From positions 5,357-41,902 of the forward strand of contig DAWO01000072.1 in assembly GCA_002509485.1 (NCBI GenBank): 36,546 nucleotides of DNA, read 5' to 3'. Shown here piece by piece: positions 16,377-24,086 of this stretch. Each line of letters begins with the position of its first letter. Within the stretch, counting starts at the first letter, position 1. Under the pieces are notes generated by a model. The model had not been told where the DNA came from, did no database searches, and saw nothing but the letters and a program-made list of their open reading frames with translations. The DNA is from Methanolinea sp. UBA477. GTDB lineage: Archaea; Halobacteriota; Methanomicrobia; Methanomicrobiales; Methanospirillaceae. Both the position numbers and the translations under genes were made by a program.

Positions 16377-16795
16377 CCCGACTCCTCCGTTCCGAAGTAT
16401 TCATCAACCCACCTGGTGATCCTGTCCCGCACATCCCTGAATGTGGGAATAATCAACTCATCGGCCCCTTTCTCTCCCGTTGGATCCGGGAATTCTTTGT
16501 GCAGGGTCTCTTTTGCCCACGGAAAGAACGGGCACGCCGCCCGGGCAGAATCACAGAGCGTGACGGCCAGGTCCATCTCCAGCCCAGCGAACTCTGAAAG
16601 TGATTTCGAGCGTTGACCTGAAATATCAACGCCGATCTCCCGCATTACCTCAATTGCAATCGGATGAATTTGGGAGACCTCTGTCCCTGCCGAGAATGCC
16701 TCGTATCGATCGCCATACCGGGCCCGCAGGTATCCCTCGGCCATCTGTGAGCGTGCGGAGTTATGGGTGCAGATAAACAATACAGTCTTTTTCAT
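16373..16795 (-). CDS. arsC: Arsenate reductase, LMW-PTP family, thioredoxin-coupled type
   Basis: 140 aa. P-loop CTHNSARS near the N-terminus, with a downstream Cys pair in LCDSARAACPFF, as in pI258-type ArsC. Confidence 0.9.
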   Translation of the reverse strand: MKKTVLFICTHNSARSQMAEGYLRARYGDRYEAFSAGTEVSQIHPIAIEVMREIGVDISGQRSKSLSEFAGLEMDLAVTLCDSARAACPFFPWAKETLHKEFPDPTGEKGADELIIPTFRDVRDRITRWVDEYFGTEESG

Positions 16796-16844
16796 CTTTC
16801 GTCACCCATCACTTCACCTGTAATATCGTCTATCAACACAGTGT

Positions 16845-17003
16845 TCATCCTTTCAGTTTCTGATAGAGTGCCGGCAGCCGTTTCCAATACATTTCTTTGA
16901 TGACGGCTTCATCCTCACCGAGCGGGCAGACCGGGATGAGGTCCACGACCTGCTCGGGAGTCAGGGCCAGTTTCCAACTTGTTTTTCTGTCTGTTTTATT
17001 CAT
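16845..17003 (-). CDS. Small hypothetical protein (52 aa from ATG 17003)
   Basis: The ORF runs from 17048. ATG 17003 avoids overlap with the upstream gene. No recognisable motif, one Cys (VCPLGEDE). Confidence 0.35.
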   Translation of the reverse strand: MNKTDRKTSWKLALTPEQVVDLIPVCPLGEDEAVIKEMYWKRLPALYQKLKG

Positions 17004-17010
17004 ATACCCA

Positions 17011-18219
17011 TTAACCTCCCATGAATGTACTGATGAGGAAGACTCCAAGGCCGATCAATATGATCCCCATCACCACACGGACTGCCCTCCGGTTCTCCCG
17101 CCGCCAGCGATCAACCCGCTCAAGTGGGAGGCCCCAGGCAACGGCGGCGAGGATAAGGACCAGCGGAAGGACAAAGAAGACATTATAGATCAGCAGGAGC
17201 GGGATTCCCTGGAAGAGTGTCGTCTGGTCCGAGATCAGGGAGAGGATTGCGAGGTAGATGCCCCCGGTACAGGGCAGCTCGAACATCCCCACAAGCACCC
17301 CGAGAATGAGGGCGGCGGGAACCGATCCCATCTGGATGTAGCGCTCGATGATTCCTTTACGGGAAGCAGGAATCGCCAGGGATTGCTTCTCATCCTTCCG
17401 GAACGCGTCGTGGAAGCTCACCACACCCAGCACGATGGCGATGGCTGCAGCGATGATGCCGATGAACCGGGATATCTCTGCCGACTGGATGACGTAGAAG
17501 AGACCGAGGCCCGAGAAGAAGTAGAAGAGGAACACGGTGGAAATGTAGCAGACGCCCACCGTGAGCATCCTCGTCCGGGAACCCGCAGCAGTCAGGGTGA
17601 ACAGGAGGATGATCAGGACCGAGAAGGCGCAGGGATTGATCCCGTCGACCAGGCCGGCAGTCACTACCAGTGGAAGATTCAGGGACTGCTGCAGGCTGCC
17701 GGTATTCGGGGGTGCCGCTTGTGTGGGTGATGGAATAATTGTGCTCACAGCTCCTCCCCGCTGCGATTGCACTGCTTCGTCAAGCAGGGGTACTATCTCA
17801 TCATACCCGACAAGAGCACGGTCTCCGACAAAGAGTGAGGGCACAGGGATAGGTCCTGTCCCAAAAGCATCCTTGTAGTCATTGAAAAGCTGCCATGCAG
17901 CATTGCTCTCCCGTATATCGAGGAGGTGGCACTCAAGCTCCGGGTGATCCCCCACGAATTGCTGGATGTAGGGGAGTATCTTGAGACAATCCCCACAGTT
18001 GGTATTATAGAAGAATACCAGCACCGGCCCTTCTTCAGTAAACCGGTGATCGGGATGCAACGAAATCGGGGCGGTATTCAAGCCGGGAGGCACGGTTTCC
18101 ATCACGGGGAGATCGGCAGCTGATGCTCCCGGAAATGAGAGGAGGTAGAGGAGCAGGAGCACGAAACCAGATCGAATTGCCTTATTCGAAGAGATCCTGT
18201 GATCGTGTGTAATTGCCAC
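17011..18219 (-). CDS. Fusion of an extracytoplasmic thioredoxin-like domain (CGDC) with a CcdA/DsbD-type transmembrane thiol-disulfide transporter
   Basis: 402 aa. Signal/anchor LLLLYLLSFPGASA, Trx-like FFYNTNCGDCLKILP, then six TM helices with GINPCAFSVL and ELPCTGGIYL. Confidence 0.8.
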   Translation of the reverse strand: MAITHDHRISSNKAIRSGFVLLLLYLLSFPGASAADLPVMETVPPGLNTAPISLHPDHRFTEEGPVLVFFYNTNCGDCLKILPYIQQFVGDHPELECHLLDIRESNAAWQLFNDYKDAFGTGPIPVPSLFVGDRALVGYDEIVPLLDEAVQSQRGGAVSTIIPSPTQAAPPNTGSLQQSLNLPLVVTAGLVDGINPCAFSVLIILLFTLTAAGSRTRMLTVGVCYISTVFLFYFFSGLGLFYVIQSAEISRFIGIIAAAIAIVLGVVSFHDAFRKDEKQSLAIPASRKGIIERYIQMGSVPAALILGVLVGMFELPCTGGIYLAILSLISDQTTLFQGIPLLLIYNVFFVLPLVLILAAVAWGLPLERVDRWRRENRRAVRVVMGIILIGLGVFLISTFMGG

Positions 18220-18582
18220 TAAAAAGCTCCTGAAACTGTGTTAATCGGCCTCGTCCTCTGTCCGCGATGCATAAAGTGAAAGTAATTCAAGTATTATTGA
18301 AATCTTTGTTTATTGAGAATAAATACTTTTTCCGGGGCTTGAAATGGTCACATTGTCCCCCTGTCATCCGGTATCAGGGGCCGATCTCCTGTATACCTGG
18401 TAGAACCCGACGGCCAACCGCCAGGAGAAGGGTTGCAATAATAATTATCGGGAAATATTCTCTCATGAACCCGGCATATTTCATTACGGCCCTTTTCAGG
18501 TTCATGTTACCGTCCACACCAGTCGCGGTTTTCTATTCTCGCACCTATTCTGTTCATGTCTTTCATTGATCATCCACACTCG

Positions 18583-18837
18583 TCACAGCGACGAGCAGGA
18601 GCCCCCGTCCCCTCCCTTCTGCTGTTTCATAAACAGCGAGAGCGCGTCCTTGTCCCGGGAATGCGGGAGTGCCTTCTTGTCCAGGTATTCCATGTGGGTG
18701 ACGGTTGAAGGCAGTTCATCGATGGGGAACCCTACAATTACCTCACCGGGACCGATATCGGTTGCATCCCGGCATCCATAGCACCCGAAGTTGAAGTTGA
18801 GCCGCTGTTCGATGTAGGGAATAATCGTCGCGTCCAC
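18583..18837 (-). CDS. Hypothetical small Cys-containing protein (84 aa)
   Basis: The ORF starts 17 nt after the USP stop, on the same strand. It has GCYGC (CxxC) and a C-terminal GGDGGSCSSL. No family recognised. Confidence 0.45.
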   Translation of the reverse strand: MDATIIPYIEQRLNFNFGCYGCRDATDIGPGEVIVGFPIDELPSTVTHMEYLDKKALPHSRDKDALSLFMKQQKGGDGGSCSSL

Positions 18838-18854
18838 GCGGCTGATTCCCGTTC

Positions 18855-19703
18855 CTACCTCACCACCATCACGTGGGCGCCAGCCCGGTGCACCACCGTC
18901 TCGGTCACGCCTCCCAGGAGGGAACTCACGCTGCTGGTGCGACCCTTCGCCCCCATCACAATAATCGTAGGTTGGAACGAGTCCTCCACTGCCAGGATCT
19001 CATCGATGGCATTGCCGGTCACGAGCTCGGTCACGACCTGCGGAATGGCCAGGCTCTCAAACCTGGCTTTCAGATCCGCGAGCCTTTTCGCGTCTTTCTG
19101 GTTGAATTCCAAGATTTGATCCTGTGAAGTGGTCCAGAGGCGGCGGGTGTCCTGGACGTGCATGATGACCAGTTGATTCGGCTTTGCACCGGCCATCCAT
19201 TCGATGAAGGGGATGCATCGTTGGGCCTCGGCCGAGAGATCCGTGAGATAGAGGATGCGCTGGAAGATACGGGTGTTCAGTGTGCAGGTAGTGGGATCGC
19301 CTTCCTTCATAATTGAGATCCGGAGGATAAGGAGCGGGACCTGTGCCTGGTGAAGGACGTTCTCCGTCTGGCTCCCGAGAAGCATGCGGCTGATGAGGGA
19401 TTTCCCATGGGATCCCATCACGATGAGCGATGGCGGTGCCGCCTCTGCCCGTTCCAGGATTTCAAGCCAGGGGATTCCTTTGGCAACCTCCACGTTCACA
19501 TCGGTCACCCCGCATGCTTCCATCCGGTTCTTCCAGTCATTCAGCATTTTTTGATCGCGGGCAAGGAGACCCGCATCAGTTGCTTCAACATACAAGAGTT
19601 CTACCCGCTTCACACCGAGACGGGCAATCTCCTCGACGGCAGGGACCATCGCCCCTGCAGCGCCATGTAATTCCAGCGGAACTAACATCGAATCTTTCAT
19701 CAT
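18855..19703 (-). CDS. Tandem universal stress protein (2 x UspA domain)
   Basis: 282 aa. Two copies of the USP C-terminal signature: [34 protein letters not shown] and [34 protein letters not shown]. The start overlaps the ACR3 stop. Confidence 0.85.
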   Translation of the reverse strand: MMKDSMLVPLELHGAAGAMVPAVEEIARLGVKRVELLYVEATDAGLLARDQKMLNDWKNRMEACGVTDVNVEVAKGIPWLEILERAEAAPPSLIVMGSHGKSLISRMLLGSQTENVLHQAQVPLLILRISIMKEGDPTTCTLNTRIFQRILYLTDLSAEAQRCIPFIEWMAGAKPNQLVIMHVQDTRRLWTTSQDQILEFNQKDAKRLADLKARFESLAIPQVVTELVTGNAIDEILAVEDSFQPTIIVMGAKGRTSSVSSLLGGVTETVVHRAGAHVMVVR

Positions 19704-20779
19704 AATGGTTCACCTTTATACATTCCCTGCGTCCGCAGACAGATCTTCACCAGCATCAGCATCACCGGCACCTCGATCAGGACACCGACGACCGTCGCAA
19801 GCGCCGCGCCCGAGCCCAGCCCGAAGTGGATGGTCGCCGTGGCAATGGCCACCTCGAAGTGGTTCGAGGCCCCGATCATCCCGGCAGGTGCAGCGTCCCG
19901 GTAGGGGAGCTTCAGCCAGCGGGCGAGGACAAAATAGCCGAGAGTGAAGATGAGCACCGTCTGGATGAAGAGGGGGATTGCGATCCAGAGGATGGTCGCC
20001 GGGTTCTCTACGATGACGTTCCCCTTGAAGGTGAAGAGGAGGACGAGCGTTCCGAGCAGCGCGACAATCGAGACCGGGGTGAGCAGGTGCAGAAACCGAC
20101 TCTCGAACCACGCCATCCCCTTTTTAGCGATGATCCACTTCCTGGTAACATACCCTGCAACCAGCGGAAGGGCGACATAGACCGCGACCGAGAGGAGGAT
20201 GGTCTGCCAGGGGATGGGCATGGCGTTCACCCCGAGGAGGAAGCCGCCGAGCGGGGCGTAGAGGACGAGCATCGTGAGGGAGTTGATGGCGACCATGATC
20301 AGGGTGAGACCATCGTTTCCCTTCGCAAGGTAGCTCCACATCAGCACCATGGCGGTGCAGGGCGCGATGCCGAGGAGGATGCACCCCGCGACATAACTCC
20401 TCCAGAGCTCGACCGTGGTCCCGTCAGCAAGCACCTCGGTCCCGGGAATGAGTGACACAAAGACATATCCCAGGAAGAACGTGGCGATGAGGTACATCGT
20501 GAACGGCTTGATAGCCCAGTTGACAAAGAGAGTCATTGCCACCGGTTTGGGGGTGCGGGCTGCTTTCAGCACTTCGGCAAAATCGATCTTCACCATGATG
20601 GGGTACATCATGAAGAAGAGGGCGATCGCGATCGGAATCGAGACCTGGTAGACCGAGAAAGAATCAAGTGCTACGGCAACGCCGGGCGCAATCGCTCCAA
20701 GAGCGATTCCGGCAACGATGCACAGCGCAACCCATACCGTGAGGTATTTCTCAAAGGTACTCAGGCGGCGTTCGGTCAT
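19700..20779 (-). CDS. acr3: ACR3-family arsenite efflux transporter
   Basis: 359 aa with about 10 TM helices. N-terminal [12 protein letters not shown], the conserved Cys in GIAPCTAMV, and NHFEVAIA. Confidence 0.9.
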   Translation of the reverse strand: MTERRLSTFEKYLTVWVALCIVAGIALGAIAPGVAVALDSFSVYQVSIPIAIALFFMMYPIMVKIDFAEVLKAARTPKPVAMTLFVNWAIKPFTMYLIATFFLGYVFVSLIPGTEVLADGTTVELWRSYVAGCILLGIAPCTAMVLMWSYLAKGNDGLTLIMVAINSLTMLVLYAPLGGFLLGVNAMPIPWQTILLSVAVYVALPLVAGYVTRKWIIAKKGMAWFESRFLHLLTPVSIVALLGTLVLLFTFKGNVIVENPATILWIAIPLFIQTVLIFTLGYFVLARWLKLPYRDAAPAGMIGASNHFEVAIATATIHFGLGSGAALATVVGVLIEVPVMLMLVKICLRTQGMYKGEPL

Positions 20780-21161
20780 GGTCCCACATCTCTGATGGCA
20801 GCACGCCTGATCAAATCGGCAGGAATTTTCTCATACATCTGGTCTCCGCAGACGAAAGCCCGGCATTCGGTATCATTTTTTGTCATGAATGCGCAGAAGG
20901 GGAAGGATCTCGTTTCGATCCGCACCTCGTCGAAAAGATCACCGAGAGGAATCGGTTGAAGGAGAGGGTGTTGGACTCTCCGATCTTTTCGTGGAAGGGG
21001 ACCATTTCCCTGACCCTGATCCGTATCCTTCGTGCCGAGAATATCGGACGGATCTCCCAAAAGACTTCCTTCAGAGGCCGGACAGTCGATGAACACCGCT
21101 CGCAGGTCGCATCGACGCTCTCTCCGATGTGCCACCATTCAACATTGAGGGCATCTGTCAT
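20776..21161 (-). pseudogene. DUF2703-like ars-associated protein, split by a 1-nt frame offset
   Basis: The N-terminal half is MTDALNVEWWHIGESVDATCERCSS...ESNTLSFN, in the frame of ORF 20883-21305. The C-terminal half is IPLGDLFDEV...[23 protein letters not shown], in the frame of ORF 20776-21138. The junction is at about 20950-20957. Confidence 0.7.
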
Positions 21162-21174
21162 GGTTTCTCGCCGT

Positions 21175-21639
21175 TCAGCAAGAGCCGTCGCAGCCGCAGC
21201 CGCAGCCGCTTCCCGGTTCCGGCGCGGCCTTTTTATTTTTCCCGGCATCCGCCCATCTCCCTGCCCCAGCCCAGCAGGCCGCAACGACCTTCTCGATATC
21301 GTCATCGCTATAGGATTTCGAAGGTCCTTTTACGATCCCGAGCTCAGTCATGACGAGGTGCTGCCCAATGGGGACGCCTTGGGCTTCGGCGATCTTTTTT
21401 GCACAGACCATCGGACATCCGTCAAGGATAACGACTTCATCAACGTTCTTCGCACTGGCGACCAGTCCTTCTGATCCAATCGCGAGCAGGGATGCACCGG
21501 CGATGCTCCCGAATCCTTCCTCTGTTAACTGGAGAGCCGCAAGGTTGGTGATCTGCCCGGTGTTTGCCTGTCCCGCACAGGGAAAGATGATCCGCCTCTT
21601 CTCGTTCTGCCCGCATGTGCAGATGGGAGTGTCGGCCAT
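21175..21639 (-). CDS. DGC-domain putative zinc-binding protein with a Cys-rich C-terminal tail
   Basis: 154 aa. FPCAGQANTGQI and VILDGCPMVCAKK. The tail is GSGCGCGCDGSC. Confidence 0.7.
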   Translation of the reverse strand: MADTPICTCGQNEKRRIIFPCAGQANTGQITNLAALQLTEEGFGSIAGASLLAIGSEGLVASAKNVDEVVILDGCPMVCAKKIAEAQGVPIGQHLVMTELGIVKGPSKSYSDDDIEKVVAACWAGAGRWADAGKNKKAAPEPGSGCGCGCDGSC

Positions 21640-21640
21640 T

Positions 21641-21880
21641 TCAGGTACCTCCGGTAAGAATACGCTTTATTTCGGCAACATCTGCGACCCTGCCCGATAC
21701 CTTGAGTTCCCCGTCGACCATCATCGCAGGGGTGAGCATAATTCCCCGGTCCATGATCGCGGTGATATCTTCTACCTTCTGGATATCCGCACTTATTCCC
21801 AGTTCGGCAACTGCCTTTTCTGTATTCTTCGTCAGTCGTTTGCACTTCATGCATCCGGTTCCGAGAATTTCTATCTTCAT
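21641..21880 (-). CDS. Thioredoxin-fold redox-active disulfide protein 2-like
   Basis: 79 aa. MKIEILGTGCMKCKRL (CxxC) and TPAMMVDGELKVSGR are typical of the small Trx-like partner of DUF318 permeases. Confidence 0.8.
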   Translation of the reverse strand: MKIEILGTGCMKCKRLTKNTEKAVAELGISADIQKVEDITAIMDRGIMLTPAMMVDGELKVSGRVADVAEIKRILTGGT

Positions 21881-22137
21881 GATTTCACCTTTTTTTCATA
21901 TTCCCTGAGCAGGGCGGATCGGTACGCCGCTTCCGCCGCTTTCGGGACATAATTATAGACTTTTACTCGTTTCAGCAGTTCTTCTGCGATCGAATCTTTC
22001 GCGGTGAGACGCAACCCTTGCACTTCATCGATGATATCATCGAGCATCGCGAGCCCTACTCTGATGCCGCCGACATCCACCTGGCGGATGCGGCGCAGCG
22101 CTTCTGCCGCACAGCATGGTTTTTCTTTTCCAGTCAT
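21877..22137 (-). CDS. Hypothetical 86-aa protein with an N-terminal vicinal Cys pair
   Basis: ATG 22137 lies 17 nt after the permease stop, and the stop overlaps the next start (ATGA). The sequence begins MTGKEKPCCAAEAL. The longer track ORF (to 22557) would overlap the permease. Confidence 0.55.
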   Translation of the reverse strand: MTGKEKPCCAAEALRRIRQVDVGGIRVGLAMLDDIIDEVQGLRLTAKDSIAEELLKRVKVYNYVPKAAEAAYRSALLREYEKKVKS

Positions 22138-22154
22138 GTTGTTTATCACCTCTT

Positions 22155-23225
22155 TCAAAGGAACAGTCCATAGGCTGCACCCGCAAAGGCCGAGAAGACG
22201 ATCACAAGCACTGCATAGGTGGCGGTCTTTCTTGCGCCCATAATCCGGTACAGGACGAGGAGGGACGGGAGGCTGACAGTCGGGCCAGCGAGCAGCAGGG
22301 AGAGTGCCGGGCCGCCTGCCATAAAGCCATTCAAATAGCCAAAAGTCGTTCCGATGACCGGCACCTCGAGGAGGGTCGGCATGTAAAGGATTGTGCCGAC
22401 GAGGGAGGCGAGCAGGCAGGAAAGGAAACTGTTCGACCCGAAAAACGGCCGGAATGTCTCCGGAGGCAGGAAATATGCAAGCATCCCCAGGAAGAACGTT
22501 CCCACTACAAGAATAGGAAAGATCTTTTTGGTAAGGTCCCAGGTCTCGTACCCCCACTCTGTGACCTCATCACGCTCGAAGAAGTAGAGCAGGAGATACG
22601 CCGTTCCAAGGGTGAGCGCATAGATGATGGGGAACTTGATCAGCCAGTCTAGTTTCGCCGTACCCGCGAGGAGGATGCCGATGAGAAGAACAAAGAAGAG
22701 GGGGACGATCCAGCGGGGCCGCTCCGCCTTCTCGCCAGCCGGAACTGACGGCATGAGTTTCATCTTCTCTCTTGTCTCGGTATCATACGAGCGGAATAAC
22801 GCAGCCATCAAGAGGCCAATGGCGACAGCCATCACGATGGCAAATACTGCCCTTGCAAGCCCGAGTTCGAACCCGAGCACTTTTGCCGTATAGATGATTG
22901 CGAGGATGTTGATGGCCGGCCCGGCATACAGAAACGTGGTGGCCGGCCCGATCCCGCTCCCACGCTTGAAGAGACCGGCAAACATGGGGAGGATGGTGCA
23001 GGAGCATACCGCCAGCACCGTTCCCGAGATCGAGGCCAGACCATAGGCAATTGACTTTGGCGATTCCGGGCTGAAATATTTCAGGATTGCTTCCTTCTTG
23101 ATGAACGCAGCAATGGCCCCCGCGATGAAGAAGGCCGGTACAAGGCAGGTGAGCACATGCTCTGCAAGGTACTCGGCCAGGGTTTCCCAACCCAGAAGGA
23201 GGGCGCCGATTATCGGATCGGCCAT
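22155..23225 (-). CDS. DUF318 / ArsP-type permease
   Basis: 356 aa, polytopic. The membrane Cys motif is AVCSCTILPMF. It is followed by the Trx-like protein, as is common for this family. Confidence 0.75.
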   Translation of the reverse strand: MADPIIGALLLGWETLAEYLAEHVLTCLVPAFFIAGAIAAFIKKEAILKYFSPESPKSIAYGLASISGTVLAVCSCTILPMFAGLFKRGSGIGPATTFLYAGPAINILAIIYTAKVLGFELGLARAVFAIVMAVAIGLLMAALFRSYDTETREKMKLMPSVPAGEKAERPRWIVPLFFVLLIGILLAGTAKLDWLIKFPIIYALTLGTAYLLLYFFERDEVTEWGYETWDLTKKIFPILVVGTFFLGMLAYFLPPETFRPFFGSNSFLSCLLASLVGTILYMPTLLEVPVIGTTFGYLNGFMAGGPALSLLLAGPTVSLPSLLVLYRIMGARKTATYAVLVIVFSAFAGAAYGLFL

Positions 23226-24086
23226 CAGAACACCCCACCTGACCTTGAATGGTGCATGTGCATCCCCCTGCTGACAGAAAACCGTGAATCTCTTTCCGTG
23301 AGATCGCGGGATTGGATAATTGCGGGGATGGCACTCTTCGAACGACGCGTCAATTGAGGTTTCATACCAAATCTGCTCATTTGTTGTATCGCATTAACAG
23401 CCGTGACAGAACATGACGACCACTGATTCCTCCTTTTTTACCCTGATTTTATCAGTTGTTTCAAATCTACTTGAAATAAGTACTGCGGTGTACATAATCA
23501 AGATTGCGGAAGTGACAAAATCTGGCTGTTATGAGATCCACAGACAAACTTCTTCAATTTGGCTGAAAGACGTATCTTCAGGCTCAAGGGCGGAGACAAA
23601 CCCATCTTTTGATCCCTGCCACCAATACTGAAGCCGGGCTTTTTTAGATCCTGGATCCGGCAGATGGATCTTCATGCTGTTTTCAACCGCCTTTTTCGCC
23701 ACATTAACAAAGATCCAGCCGGTCCCTCAAAAACGGGGAGAGAGAGGATTCAGGAACCGTACCCACTTCTTCCTGACATCCGCATATGTGTCTCCGATAA
23801 AGGGATAGAAGGTGCTCCTTCTGCTTCGAAACGCAATCATCGCAGAGGAACACATTCCCATACCTCTCATGATTGACCCGGATAAACCGTGTGCCGGGCT
23901 TTCCGCATAGACCACACTGCATGCTCATTCTTCTTTGGTAAAATCCTCGATCTAATCTACTCGTCTCATCCTGTCATTTTTATCAGGTTCAAATATGCCT
24001 TACTCCAATTAGTCACAACTCCCAGTGAAATTGGTACAATCCATTGAATCGTATTTCATACTGTGTGAGCCCCCATATTCCACCAT

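Noticed and set aside
18540-18585. Selenocysteine or read-through of the TGA ending the 84-aa ORF (...GGSCSSL-TGA).
   Set aside because: The downstream in-frame sequence (RVWMINERHEQ...) is not protein-like. No hairpin is evident. The lineage suggested by the gene content is not known for selenoproteins.
20940-20965. Programmed ribosomal frameshift in the DUF2703-like gene.
   Set aside because: There is no slippery heptamer or obvious downstream structure at tcc ttc aac cga ttc.
23226-23420. A missing third arsR or small leader ORF upstream of the second permease operon.
   Set aside because: There are only short ORFs with implausible sequence. Regulation is more simply assigned to the two arsR genes at 27-28 kb.
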